From an uncultured delta proteobacterium (GTDB taxonomy: Bacteria > Desulfobacterota > RBG-13-43-22): a stretch of 64,000 nucleotides of DNA. Where the stretch lies: assembly GCA_963790475.1 (NCBI GenBank), contig CAWBOS010000010.1:992001-1056000 (forward strand), given 5' to 3'. How positions within the stretch are numbered: the stretch's first letter is position 1; every line of letters begins with the position of its first letter. Under the pieces are notes generated by a model. The model worked only from the letters and a program-made list of their open reading frames with translations. It did not search any database and was not told the DNA's origin. A program made the position numbers and the translations under genes. Below, piece after piece: positions 41,129 through 51,668 of this stretch.

Positions 41129-41885
41129 TCGAAAAAAGCGGTATTTTATAGAATTGAGCAGGTCTCAAATGTTCCTAAGTATCACCGGTGCCCTCTTCAT
41201 CCTGTGCTGGATTTTTATCCTGGGGATCTTTGTGGGCCGTGGATATGTTTCCGACACTATAACCCGGACCTTTACCGACAAAATCCAGAAGCTGCAGGAG
41301 GAGAAAAAAGTTCTGATGGATAAATATCTGGGCCAGGAAAAAAAAGCCAATATCCCTCCGGAAGAGATCCTTAATCCCTCCTTGGAGTTTTTTAACAAGC
41401 CTTCCCCAAAGGAAACCGTGGTCACCCGGCAGACTGCTCCTAAACCGACACCAAAACCCCCTACCCTGGAGGGCAAAAACAATTTATCCGGAAAACCTGA
41501 TTCGTTGGAAGCCAAAAATGAATCCAAAGCATCCCCGGTAGATACCAAAGTCTCTAAGATTCCTCCGGGAGAAACCAAGGTTACCAAGGTCCCTCCGGCA
41601 GAAACCAACATTGCCAAATCGTTCCAGAAAAACGTCACAGAATCCGCTGGATTTGTTGTTCAAATTGGATCCTACCGGGAGGAGCCCACAGCCCAATCCA
41701 GTATAAAACGATTGTCTGAAAAAGGGTATCCGGCCCAGTTAAAGATGAAGGATATCCCTGAAAGAGGAGGAAAGTGGTACCGGGTTCAAATCGGCCCTTT
41801 CAAGAACCGGCTGGAGGCTGAAAAAGCCCTGATCAGGTTGGAGCATGACGGCTTCCAGGCGGTAGTGCTGGATAAAAATTTCTAA
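41109..41885 (+). CDS. SPOR domain protein (FtsN/DedD-like)
   Basis: N-terminal TM, Pro/Lys-rich linker, C-terminal VQIGSY...WYRVQIGPF; argS-SPOR synteny. Confidence 0.85.
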   Translation: MKPKPYNRKKRYFIELSRSQMFLSITGALFILCWIFILGIFVGRGYVSDTITRTFTDKIQKLQEEKKVLMDKYLGQEKKANIPPEEILNPSLEFFNKPSPKETVVTRQTAPKPTPKPPTLEGKNNLSGKPDSLEAKNESKASPVDTKVSKIPPGETKVTKVPPAETNIAKSFQKNVTESAGFVVQIGSYREEPTAQSSIKRLSEKGYPAQLKMKDIPERGGKWYRVQIGPFKNRLEAEKALIRLEHDGFQAVVLDKNF

Positions 41886-41887
41886 AT

Positions 41888-42343
41888 ATGATCCGCAAAG
41901 CCACCATGGGGGACGTCAAACCGATTCAAAAATTGTTGGAGCAGTATGCCCAGAAGGGACTGCTTTTGCCCCGTTCCCTGAGTGAATTATATGGGTATCT
42001 CAGAGATTATTATGTTTTTGTTCCCGATGAAGGAGATGAAATATGCGGCGTTTGTGCTTTGCACCTGTGCTGGGAGGATCTGGCCGAAATCAAATCTCTG
42101 GCCGTGAACGAGACTTATACCCGGCGGGGGATCGGCACCCAATTGGTGGAAGCTTGTCTGTCAGAGGCTATTACCTTGGGTCTTTATAAAATATTCGCAC
42201 TGACTTACCGGGTGGATTTTTTTAGTAGATTCGGGTTTAAAGAGGTCGATAAAAGTCTCCTGCCCCATAAGATCTGGTCGGATTGTTTAAAATGTGTCAA
42301 ATTTCCGGAGTGTGACGAAATTGCCGTGCTGCTCGAAGTATAA
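41888..42343 (+). CDS. GNAT acetyltransferase, short-form N-acetylglutamate synthase (ArgA-like)
   Basis: LLPRSLSELY, LAEIKSLAV, RRGIG, LPHKIW.DC.KC.KFP.CDE; near argJ. Confidence 0.82.
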   Translation: MIRKATMGDVKPIQKLLEQYAQKGLLLPRSLSELYGYLRDYYVFVPDEGDEICGVCALHLCWEDLAEIKSLAVNETYTRRGIGTQLVEACLSEAITLGLYKIFALTYRVDFFSRFGFKEVDKSLLPHKIWSDCLKCVKFPECDEIAVLLEV

Positions 42344-42388
42344 AAAAACCACCTATTCATCCTGTTATTTAAATTATTAAGGGAAAAT

Positions 42389-44908
42389 ATGTTAAACAGC
42401 TTGATTAAGAAAGTAGTCGGGACCAAAAACGACAGAGAACTGAAACGTATGGCCCCGGTTGTGGATCGTATCAGCGACCTGGAAAAAGAGTTGCGCACCT
42501 TGAGTGACGCCGGGCTTCAAGCCAAAACCGCACAATTCAAGGAACAGTTGGTTCAAGGGGCTTCTCTGGATGATATCCTTCCCGAAGCCTTTGCCGTGGT
42601 CCGGGAGGCCTCAGTCCGGGTCCTGGGACTGAGACCCTTTGATGTTCAGGTCATCGGCGGGATGGTCCTCCATGAAGGGAAAATCGCTGAAATGAAAACC
42701 GGGGAAGGGAAAACCCTGGCCGCCACCCTCCCGGTATACCTGAATGCCTTGACCGGAGAGGGGGTTCATGTGGTTACGGTCAATGATTATCTGGCCCGCC
42801 GGGACAGCGAGTGGATGGGAGGGATCTATCGATTCTTGGGACTTTCCGTGGGGGTCATTGTCCATGACCTGGATAAGGAAGGCCGGAGGGCGGCCTATGG
42901 TTCGGATGTGACCTACGGGACCAATAATGAATTCGGATTCGACTATCTCCGGGACAACATGGAATTCTCCCTGGCCAATTATGTGCAGCGCCCTTTTAAT
43001 TACGCCATCGTGGACGAAGTGGATAGCATCCTGATCGATGAAGCCCGTACCCCGCTGATCATCTCCGGACCCGCGGAAAAATCCACCCGTATGTATCAAG
43101 ACATCAACCAGATCATCCCCCGCCTGCATCCGGAGAAGGACTATACCATTGAAGAAAAGACCCGGACTGTGGCCCTGACCGAAGTGGGAGTGGCCCATGC
43201 CGAAAAGTTGCTCAAAGTGGATAACCTCTATGATCCGCGTTACATGCTGATGGTCCACCACATCAACCAGGCCCTCAAGGCCCATACTCTGTTCAAAAGA
43301 GATGTGGACTATATCGTCAAAGAAGGCGAGGTTATCATTGTCGATGAATTCACCGGCCGGCTCATGCCCGGCCGGCGTTACAGCGAAGGTCTCCACCAGG
43401 CCCTGGAAGCCAAAGAGGGAGTGCGGGTTGAAAGTGAGAACCAGACCCTGGCCACCATCACCTTTCAGAATTATTTTCGCATGTATAAAAAATTAAGCGG
43501 CATGACCGGAACCGCCGATACCGAGGCCCCGGAATTCAAAAAAATATACAAATTAGATGTAATGGTCATCCCCACACACAAAAAAATGATCCGGGAAGAT
43601 TTTCCGGACGTTATCTATCGCAACGAAGCGGAAAAATTTCGGGCCATTATCGAAGAAATAAAACGGCTGCACACCAAAGGGCAGCCGGTCCTGGTGGGGA
43701 CGATTTCTATCGACAAATCCGAGAGGCTGGCCAAGGTCCTCGCTCGGGAAGGAATCAAGCACTCGGTCCTGAATGCCAAAAATCATCAATTGGAAGCCGA
43801 AATCGTGGCCTCAGCCGGGCAAAAAGAGGTGGTGACTATCTCCACCAATATGGCTGGCCGGGGAACCGATATTGTTCTTGGAGAGGGGGTCAATGAATTA
43901 GGGGGGCTGCATATCCTGGGCACGGAACGCCATGAATCCCGCCGTATCGACAACCAACTCCGGGGCCGTTCCGGTCGGCAGGGCGATCAGGGGAGTTCCC
44001 GTTTTTATCTGTCTCTGGAGGATGATTTGCTGCGCATCTTTGGCTCAGACCGAATTTCCGGCCTCATGGGGAAAATGGGCATGGAAGAAGGGGAGCCCAT
44101 CGAACATTCCCTTATTTCCAAGGCCATCGAAAATGCCCAGCGCCGCGTGGAAGGGCACAATTTCGAAATCAGGAAACATCTCATTGAGTACGATGATGTC
44201 ATGAATCAACAACGGGAGGTTATTTACGGGCAGAGGCGCAAGGTCCTGGAAGGTCAGGAATTGAGGGAAATGGTCCGGGAAATGACCCAGGACCTGTTGG
44301 ATGAAATTGTAGGATTGTTTGTCAATGACAAAATTCCCCCTGAAGAATGGGACCTCAAATCCCTGGCCGACAAACTCTTTCAACAATTTTCCATGAAGGT
44401 TTCTTTTAATGGGAATGAACCCCTTCCGGAACCGGAGGAATTGAAAGAAAGGCTCCAGGAACAAGCCTGGTCGGCCTACCTGAAAAAAGTGGAAACCATC
44501 GGATCTGAAGTTATGGACTCTCTGGAACAGATGGTCATGCTGGAGACGATCGATAATACCTGGAAAGATCACTTACTCAGCATGGACCATTTGAAGGAAG
44601 GGATCGGCCTGAGGGGCTATGGCCAGCGTGATCCTCTGCGAGAATATCAACGGGAAGGTTACGAGATGTTCGTGGAAATGTACGAACGGGTCAAAGAACA
44701 GACCTTGGCCAACCTTTTTCGACTTCAGCTGGCCCGGGAAGAGGATCTTCAGCCCCTGATTGAGCCTCAAGAAAGGCAGATGTTCTTTAGTCATAGTGGA
44801 GAGGAAACGGCTGTGCCGAAAAAAAGAGAAGGAAAGAAGGTAGGAAGAAATGACCCCTGTCCATGCGGGAGCGGGAAAAAATACAAAAGGTGCTGCGGCC
44901 AGAAATAA
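42389..44908 (+). CDS. secA: Preprotein translocase subunit SecA
   Basis: [49 protein letters not shown]-terminal [18 protein letters not shown]. Confidence 0.99.
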   Translation: MLNSLIKKVVGTKNDRELKRMAPVVDRISDLEKELRTLSDAGLQAKTAQFKEQLVQGASLDDILPEAFAVVREASVRVLGLRPFDVQVIGGMVLHEGKIAEMKTGEGKTLAATLPVYLNALTGEGVHVVTVNDYLARRDSEWMGGIYRFLGLSVGVIVHDLDKEGRRAAYGSDVTYGTNNEFGFDYLRDNMEFSLANYVQRPFNYAIVDEVDSILIDEARTPLIISGPAEKSTRMYQDINQIIPRLHPEKDYTIEEKTRTVALTEVGVAHAEKLLKVDNLYDPRYMLMVHHINQALKAHTLFKRDVDYIVKEGEVIIVDEFTGRLMPGRRYSEGLHQALEAKEGVRVESENQTLATITFQNYFRMYKKLSGMTGTADTEAPEFKKIYKLDVMVIPTHKKMIREDFPDVIYRNEAEKFRAIIEEIKRLHTKGQPVLVGTISIDKSERLAKVLAREGIKHSVLNAKNHQLEAEIVASAGQKEVVTISTNMAGRGTDIVLGEGVNELGGLHILGTERHESRRIDNQLRGRSGRQGDQGSSRFYLSLEDDLLRIFGSDRISGLMGKMGMEEGEPIEHSLISKAIENAQRRVEGHNFEIRKHLIEYDDVMNQQREVIYGQRRKVLEGQELREMVREMTQDLLDEIVGLFVNDKIPPEEWDLKSLADKLFQQFSMKVSFNGNEPLPEPEELKERLQEQAWSAYLKKVETIGSEVMDSLEQMVMLETIDNTWKDHLLSMDHLKEGIGLRGYGQRDPLREYQREGYEMFVEMYERVKEQTLANLFRLQLAREEDLQPLIEPQERQMFFSHSGEETAVPKKREGKKVGRNDPCPCGSGKKYKRCCGQK

Positions 44909-46100
44909 GGGATTTCAGGTCCCGGGTTTTTTGGCCTCGGCTATTTCATCAGAAATTAAGAAAGGTAATACCCGCCCGGATCTGGGATTGATTTATTCCG
45001 AAGTCCCGGCCGTGACGGCCGGGGTCTTCACTCGTAATCTGGTCAAGGCGGCTCCGGTTCAGATTGATCTGGAAAGGATCGTTAAGCAGGAAGGCCGGGC
45101 CGTCCTGGTCAACAGCGGCAATGCCAACGCCTGCACCGGGCCGGGGGGGCTATTCGATGCCCGGAAGCTGTCGCTCAAAATTTCCCGAGAATTATCCATT
45201 CCGGACTCCCAGGTTTATCTGGCTTCAACGGGGGTGATCGGGCAGCGTTTACCCCTGACCCGAATGATGAAGGCCGCCCCTTCTCTGGTGCAATTATTGT
45301 CCCCTCAAGGACTACCAGCGGTTGCCGAAGCCATTATGACCACCGATACCTTTCCCAAACTCCTCACTAAAGAAATATCTGTTGGCAGGAAAAAGGTCCA
45401 TATAGTTGGCATGGCCAAAGGGTCTGGTATGATACACCCCGATATGGCGACCATGCTCTGTTTTGTGCTGACCGATCTGGCCGTCTCCCCTGCCCTTTTG
45501 GACCGGTTTTTAAGAAAAGCGACGGACCAGTCCTTTAACCGGATTACCGTCGACGGGGATACCAGTACCAATGATCTGATCCTGGTTATGGCCAATGGTC
45601 TGGCTGGAAACCCTTTGCTGGACCTTCCCCAGTCAACCGGAGCTCGGGTTTTTTCCAAGACACTGGATGAACTCCTTCTAAAACTGGCCCGGATGTGTGT
45701 CCGAGACGGCGAAGGGGCCACCAAAGAGATTACCCTCCGTATCGAAGGCACTCGTAATGAGGAAGAAGCTCGAACCCTGGCCCTGACCGTAGCTCATTCT
45801 CCCTTGGTGAAAACAGCCCTTTTCGGGCAGGATGCCAATTGGGGAAGGATCCTGGCCGCCCTGGGCCGATCCGGCGTTTCCTTTGATCCGGAAAAGGTGG
45901 ATATCTATTTTGATCATATTCAAATTGTCAAAAATGGAATCAGCAAGGGGCCTAAGGAAGAAGCCCAAGCCGGCGCAGTCTTGAAAAAACCTTCTCTGAC
46001 TATCCGGATCGCTATGCATCAAGGATCGGCTGACATCCAGGTCTATACCTGCGATCTTTCCCTGGATTATGTTCGAATCAATGCCGATTATCGAACCTGA
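44850..46100 (+). CDS. argJ: Bifunctional ornithine acetyltransferase/N-acetylglutamate synthase
   Basis: [71 protein letters not shown]. Confidence 0.96.
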   Translation: MTPVHAGAGKNTKGAAARNKGFQVPGFLASAISSEIKKGNTRPDLGLIYSEVPAVTAGVFTRNLVKAAPVQIDLERIVKQEGRAVLVNSGNANACTGPGGLFDARKLSLKISRELSIPDSQVYLASTGVIGQRLPLTRMMKAAPSLVQLLSPQGLPAVAEAIMTTDTFPKLLTKEISVGRKKVHIVGMAKGSGMIHPDMATMLCFVLTDLAVSPALLDRFLRKATDQSFNRITVDGDTSTNDLILVMANGLAGNPLLDLPQSTGARVFSKTLDELLLKLARMCVRDGEGATKEITLRIEGTRNEEEARTLALTVAHSPLVKTALFGQDANWGRILAALGRSGVSFDPEKVDIYFDHIQIVKNGISKGPKEEAQAGAVLKKPSLTIRIAMHQGSADIQVYTCDLSLDYVRINADYRT

Positions 46101-46270
46101 AAGGGCAGAGCGCATAGAGCGGAGGGCAAAGAGCAAAGCGAAAAAAATTAAAACCAAAAGCATCTTGGTCCTTTTCAGGTCGGCTCTTACCAGAAACCTT
46201 TGCACTTTGCCCTTAACTTTTGGCCTTCTGTTGTTTACCCTGGGCCCTATGCTCTTTGCGATTTGCTCCA
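46101..46270. repeat. Degenerate heptamer repeats (GCA[T/A]AGA-like) forming an imperfect inverted repeat
   Basis: gcagagc-gcatagagc-ggagggc-aaagagc-aaagc at the left end; gccctatgctctttgc at the right end (reverse complement gcaaagagcatagggc). Confidence 0.5.
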
Positions 46271-46277
46271 ATAGCCG

Positions 46278-47993
46278 ATGACCACCGCCAAACTCCAAAA
46301 ACTAATCCGCGTTGCCCGAGGGGAAATCCCGGCCGACCTGGTTCTTAAGGGAGGTAAGGTGGTCAATGTTTTTTCCTGCGAAATCCAGGAAACCGATGTG
46401 GCGATTTCCGAAGATCAAATTGCGGGACTCGGTTCTTATCAGGGCTGCGAAATCCTCGATTGTCGTCAACGTTATATTTGCCCTGGATTTATCGATGGGC
46501 ACCTGCATATTGAAAGCACCCTGCTGACACCGGCCAATCTCGCTCCAGTGCTTCTACCTTTAGGCACAACCACTGTTATTGCCGACCCCCACGAAATTGC
46601 CAATGTTCTGGGCCTGACCGGCGTTAAATTTATGTTGGACAACAGCGCTGGGCTTCCTCTGGAAATTTATTTCATGGCCCCTTCCTGTGTCCCGGCCACC
46701 CCGCTGGAAACTTCAGGAGCGGTCCTGACCATGAAAGAATTACGACTGCTTCGCCGGCATCCCAGGATTTTGGGTTTGGCTGAAATGATGAATTTCCCGG
46801 GAGTTCTGCAGAGAGATTCTGAGATATTGAAAAAATTATCCGCCTTTCAAAATAAAATTATAGACGGGCATGCCCCGCTTTTGTCCGGGAAAGATCTTTG
46901 TGCTTATCTGACTGCCGGGATCGGGTCCGATCATGAAAGCACCCAATTAGCCGAAGCCCGGGAAAAACTGGCCCTGGGGATGATAGTGATGATTCGGGAA
47001 GACACAGAGGCCAAAAATTTAAAAGACCTTCTTCCCCTGGTTACGCCCGAAAACGCCCGGCGTTGCCTCCTGGTCACCGATGATCGACCTCCTGAACAAC
47101 TGGTCAAAGAAGGGCACCTTAACGCGGTCCTAAAACAAGCCGTCGGTCTGGGGTTAGACCCCATTCGGGCCATTCAATTGGTGACCTTGAATACGGCCGA
47201 ATATTTTGGATTACGTCATCTGGGGGCGGTCGCCCCCGGCTATCAAGCGGATATAGTGGTGTTGAATTCGCTGGCCGGCATGGCGGTCGATTCAGTTCTA
47301 AAAAAAGGGAAGCCGGTGGCTAATAAAGGCCGGTTTCTGGGGAAGGTGACCCGGCCAAGGAATCCCAAAAGCCTTTCCATGATGAACATCAAAGACCTTC
47401 ATACCGAAAGATTTCGAATTCCGATGGAGGGACAATGGGCTAGAGTTATAGAATTGGTACCCGATCAGATTTTAACTAAGGCTATCCGCCATAAAGTTCA
47501 TGGAAAAGATGGATGGATAATCCTGAATCCGCAGGAAGATCTGGTGATTCTGGCCTGTGTGGAACGTCATTATGGAACAGGAAACGTGGGATTGGGGCTG
47601 GTTAAAGGATTCGGACTTTCCCAGGGCGCCATCGCCTCTTCCGTGGCCCATGATTCCCATAATATTGTGGCTATTGGACGTGAACCTGGAGAAATGCTCC
47701 TGGCCGTCAAGGCCGTAAAGGAAATGAAAGGAGGGCTGGTGATTGTGGTTAAAGGTAAAGTTAAGGCCGGGCTTCCTTTACCGGTGGCCGGGCTGATGTC
47801 CGATCAATCTCTGGACAAGGTCGTTCGACGGCAGAAGGCTTTGCTCCGGGCTGTCCCCTTGACCGGCTGCACTTTAAAAAATCCATTTCTCGCCTTGTCC
47901 TTCCTGGCCCTGCCGGTCATCCCGGAATTAAAGATTACCGACCACGGACTGGTGGATGTCAACCGCTTTAAAATTGTTTCACTTTTTAATTAA
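46278..47993 (+). CDS. ade: Adenine deaminase (amidohydrolase family)
   Basis: PGFIDGHLHIES, DPHEIANV, LAEMMNFPG, DGHAP, SDHE, TDD, SVAHDSHN, LPVIPELK. Confidence 0.95.
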   Translation: MTTAKLQKLIRVARGEIPADLVLKGGKVVNVFSCEIQETDVAISEDQIAGLGSYQGCEILDCRQRYICPGFIDGHLHIESTLLTPANLAPVLLPLGTTTVIADPHEIANVLGLTGVKFMLDNSAGLPLEIYFMAPSCVPATPLETSGAVLTMKELRLLRRHPRILGLAEMMNFPGVLQRDSEILKKLSAFQNKIIDGHAPLLSGKDLCAYLTAGIGSDHESTQLAEAREKLALGMIVMIREDTEAKNLKDLLPLVTPENARRCLLVTDDRPPEQLVKEGHLNAVLKQAVGLGLDPIRAIQLVTLNTAEYFGLRHLGAVAPGYQADIVVLNSLAGMAVDSVLKKGKPVANKGRFLGKVTRPRNPKSLSMMNIKDLHTERFRIPMEGQWARVIELVPDQILTKAIRHKVHGKDGWIILNPQEDLVILACVERHYGTGNVGLGLVKGFGLSQGAIASSVAHDSHNIVAIGREPGEMLLAVKAVKEMKGGLVIVVKGKVKAGLPLPVAGLMSDQSLDKVVRRQKALLRAVPLTGCTLKNPFLALSFLALPVIPELKITDHGLVDVNRFKIVSLFN

Positions 47994-48033
47994 GGAAACC
48001 GTTTTATAAAACAGATAAACTCGTTGGAGAATT

Positions 48034-49618
48034 TTGTTGTCCATTTTGACAGATCAAGACCAAGTTGTCCGGGCCATGCTCAGGCCCGAAGCTTACCCGC
48101 ACGTCCCCCCAAAAATCATCCACCTCCAGACTCATATCTCCCATATTTTTCTAACCGGGGGGCTGGTTTATAAAATCAAAAAGCCGGTAGATTTCGGGTT
48201 TCTGGATTTTACCACCTTAGCCAAGAGGCGATATTTCTGTCACCAGGAAGTCCTGCTTAACCGTCGGCTGACTAAGGATATTTACCTGGGGGTTATCAAG
48301 ATAACCAACGAAAGAGGAAGACCGGTAATCAACGGTAAAGGATCGGTCCTGGACTATGCGGTTTTGATGAAGGAGATGCCCCAGGACCGGATGATGAATC
48401 GTTTATTAGCTGAAAACAAAGTCAAGGAAAGAGACGTTCGAGCCCTGGTCCGAGTTTTGGTCCCTTTTTATCGTCAGGCCCGAACCGGGAAAGGGATCAA
48501 TCCTTTTGGGAGAATAGAGATTTGGGCTAAAAATACGGAAGAAAACTTTGCTGAGACCCGACCCTATGTCGGCCGCTTGGTTTCCGCCCGGGTTTATACC
48601 CGGATCGTCCAAGCGACCCGGGATTTTTTAACCCGAGAGAAAGATCTTTTCAAGAAACGTGTTCGGGAAGGATTCATCCGGGATTGTCATGGGGACCTTC
48701 ATTCGGCCAACATCTGTCTGGATAAGAACCCCCTTGATTTATGACTGTATCGAGTTCAATCATCGTTTCAGATACAATGATATCGCTTGCGATCTGGCCT
48801 TTCTGGCCATGGACCTTGATTTTAACGGCCACCCGGAACTCTCCGATCTTTTGCAAAGAGAATATGTGCGGCGGTCAGACGATCACGATCTTCCGCGGTT
48901 ATTTAATTTTTACAAAAGTTATCGGGCTTATGTACGGGCCAAGATTCATTCCTTCACTTCCGAGGGGTCCGGTCTGTCAGCCAAAGAAAAGAGAAATGAA
49001 ATTCAATCGGCTAAAAAATATTATCAATTGGCCGATCGATACCTCCGAAGGGAACGCACTCCCCAGATAATAGTGGTCTTTGGTCTGATGGGCAGCGGCA
49101 AGACCTCTCTGGCCAGAGCCTTAGCCGCGGAAACCGGCTGGCCCGTGATCAGCTCGGATGAAATCAGAAAAACCATCCAAGGGATTTCTCCTACGGCCAG
49201 GCATTGGGAACCTTTCGGAAATGGAATATATTCGGAAAAGATGTCGAAAAAAACCTATCGGGAGATAAGGAAGCTAGCCGAAAAAATACTCAAACAGGGC
49301 CGATCGGTTATTCTGGATGGATCCTATAAGCGGCAAGAGGAACGTCTGGCCTTGATGAGACTGGCCCGGAAAACTAAGGCCCGCATCAGCTTTCTCGAAT
49401 GTCGCGCTCCTTTAAAAACAATCCGCATTCGGTTGGATCAACGGAGCCGGAATGCCCGGGCTGTCTCCGACGGTCGCTGGGAACTCTTCAATCTGCAGCG
49501 GCGAGATTTCGATCCCGTGCTGGATCCGGTTTTATCAAACTCCCTTTTGATCAAAACCATCCATCCTGCGGAACAAATTGCCCGGAAGCTCATCAGGGAA
49601 ATCAGGGCCGATGCTTGA
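48034..49618 (+). pseudogene. Bifunctional APH-like phosphotransferase / AAA_33 kinase, split by a +1 frameshift
   Basis: ORF1 has THIS, KIKKPVDFGFLDFTTL, RDCHGDLH..NI; ORF2 has YDCIEFN.RFR..D...DLAFLAMDL, GLMGSGKT, SSDEIRK; one extra C in AACCCCCTTG at ~48729-48733. Confidence 0.85.
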
Positions 49619-51581
49619 TAAATTTCTATTGGCTTCAGATCGAACCTTACCTCCGGCATGGGTCATCACTTTTTTTGTTCTCCTGTCTTTGGCCGTTTTG
49701 ATTTTTCATATGCCCGAAAACATAACCGCGGTCCTCGCGATAGCTTTCTTTTTTCTTCTGGCAACGCTCCATCCCATTAATGGAATCAGTTTCATGGTCC
49801 TGTCCATCCCTCTTTTCTTGGGGGCAGCCCATAAACCTTATTTTTTTCTTTTTGAAATCCTGGTCTATAGCACCCTTATTCTCGGATTTTTTCGCTTATG
49901 GAAAGAACAAAGACCTGCCGAAATCCCCTTCAAACCCCTAATCCTATTGTTCCTCCTGGCCACCCTGTTCAGCATCCCCATTAATGCCAAGGAATATTAC
50001 TGGGAGTTTTGGGCCACACCGGCAAAAGATATTTGGTTTCAATGGATGAGAGGACATGAGAAGTTCCCGCTCATCCATCTCCGGGCCTTGACCAATCTCA
50101 TCAGCGGAATCCTGCTGTTTATTTTGACCGCCAACCTCTTTTCCAGAAACACCTATAATGATTTGGAAAAGATTCTTAAGGCTATGATCTGGATGGCGGT
50201 TTTGGTCTGCCTGGTGGGAATCCTTTTCCTTTTCAAAATCATTCCCTTCCAGCTCAAAACCTATTTGTCCCTTTCTCTGGCCGGCACTCATGAGGGGGCC
50301 ATCTCCGCCTTATCCTTCAACCGCCAATATCTGGCCCAGTATCTCTTGCTACTCTTCCCTTTTATATTTTATTTTCTATATTTAAATCGGAAGAAAATGC
50401 CCTGGATGATCCTGTATCTCTTGGTCCTCTGTCTTTTCATTTTCTCTCTTTCAGCCAGTATGCAGCGGAGTGTCTTTGCGGTTCTGTTCTTGGAACTCCT
50501 CTTTTTGACTGCATTCTATACCAAATATATTTCAATGCGAAAAAAGACATCGGTTTTCCTTTTCCTGATCCCCTTCCTCTTTGTGGCCGGCATGTTCTTG
50601 CTCGATTTTCTTTTTCTTAATAAAAGATTCCTCTCCCGAATCATACTAATTGGCGTTTCCGACCCGGACCAAAGACGGATCCATCTCTGGGACACCGCCT
50701 GGAATATGTTTCGACATTCCCCCTTTTTGGGAGTGGGCCTGGGTAAATTTTTTGAATTCTTTCCGGAATTTTTTACCGACACCCAGGTCAGTTGGAAGAC
50801 CTTCGGTATGGTCCGGGGAGAGCCTCATTCCTTTTTTTTCCAGACCCTGGCCGAACAAGGGGCCTTCGGCCTTCTTCTTTTCCTAACTCTGGTTGTTGCC
50901 GTCATTTACCATATGATGAAAAAAGCCAAGGAAGAGCCAAAGTCTGAGCATCAATTGTTATCCGTTGGCCTGACGGTCTCCTTAATGGCCTGGTTGATAT
51001 TAGGATTATTTCATAATGTAGCCTATGTGCGTTCCCTGGGTGTTCTTTTCTGGGTCCTCTTGGGTTGGTCGGCTGCTCTGACCACCCCACCTGCGGGATC
51101 GGCAATGACCAAGTTAAGAACCAGATCCTTTTTATTTGGTTTGCTGGTCTTGATCGCTGCCCTGGGGTATCAGATCAAATTGATTCATGACCGCCCCCTA
51201 AGCCCTTTTTTTCAAGCCGGGTTATATGAACCTGAGACCCTCCCCGGTGGTGAACAAATCCGTTGGACCGGGAAAAAGGCTGTTATCTACGCAGATGTCC
51301 AAGGGAACGAAAAGGTATTATTTGTCTCGGCACCCTTACCGGGGATAGTCGATCATCCTCAGAAAGTTCGGTTTTGGTTTGGCGGGAAGATGCAGGTAGT
51401 CGTATTGAAAGATACGGACTGGCACCGGATCTCTCTCCAGGCAGAGAAGCCATTTACGGGAAAGATGCTTCTCAGAATAGAAACAGGTTACACTTTCAAT
51501 CCCAAGAAGGCCAAGGTTAGTGATGATGACCGCGATCTGGGGATAATGATCAAGGGAATTTCCAGAGAGGCTTCGAGGTGA
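49611..51581 (+). CDS. O-antigen ligase/Wzy-like membrane protein with C-terminal extracytoplasmic domain
   Basis: Many TM segments; FNRQYLAQY, SMQRS, R..LW..AWNMF..P.LGVG.G.F, HS.F.Q.LAEQG; ATG at 49611 overlaps the upstream ORF end. Confidence 0.85.
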   Translation: MLDKFLLASDRTLPPAWVITFFVLLSLAVLIFHMPENITAVLAIAFFFLLATLHPINGISFMVLSIPLFLGAAHKPYFFLFEILVYSTLILGFFRLWKEQRPAEIPFKPLILLFLLATLFSIPINAKEYYWEFWATPAKDIWFQWMRGHEKFPLIHLRALTNLISGILLFILTANLFSRNTYNDLEKILKAMIWMAVLVCLVGILFLFKIIPFQLKTYLSLSLAGTHEGAISALSFNRQYLAQYLLLLFPFIFYFLYLNRKKMPWMILYLLVLCLFIFSLSASMQRSVFAVLFLELLFLTAFYTKYISMRKKTSVFLFLIPFLFVAGMFLLDFLFLNKRFLSRIILIGVSDPDQRRIHLWDTAWNMFRHSPFLGVGLGKFFEFFPEFFTDTQVSWKTFGMVRGEPHSFFFQTLAEQGAFGLLLFLTLVVAVIYHMMKKAKEEPKSEHQLLSVGLTVSLMAWLILGLFHNVAYVRSLGVLFWVLLGWSAALTTPPAGSAMTKLRTRSFLFGLLVLIAALGYQIKLIHDRPLSPFFQAGLYEPETLPGGEQIRWTGKKAVIYADVQGNEKVLFVSAPLPGIVDHPQKVRFWFGGKMQVVVLKDTDWHRISLQAEKPFTGKMLLRIETGYTFNPKKAKVSDDDRDLGIMIKGISREASR

Positions 51582-51614
51582 AAATCAATAAATTTCCCTT
51601 TCGGAGAAGACAAA

Positions 51615-51651
51615 CTGCAGGCACCCAGGTTTAGACCCTGGGTGCCTGCAG
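51615..51651. terminator. Hairpin between convergent genes (probable bidirectional terminator)
   Basis: ctgcaggcacccagg-N7-cctgggtgcctgcag, 15-bp perfect stem. Confidence 0.75.
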
Positions 51652-51668
51652 GCTAATAAAGGTTAATG

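Noticed and set aside
34216-44572. Long antisense ORFs opposite alaS, argS and secA (e.g. 246, 214 and 261 aa)
   Set aside because: Shadow ORFs arising from codon bias in conserved genes; no motifs.
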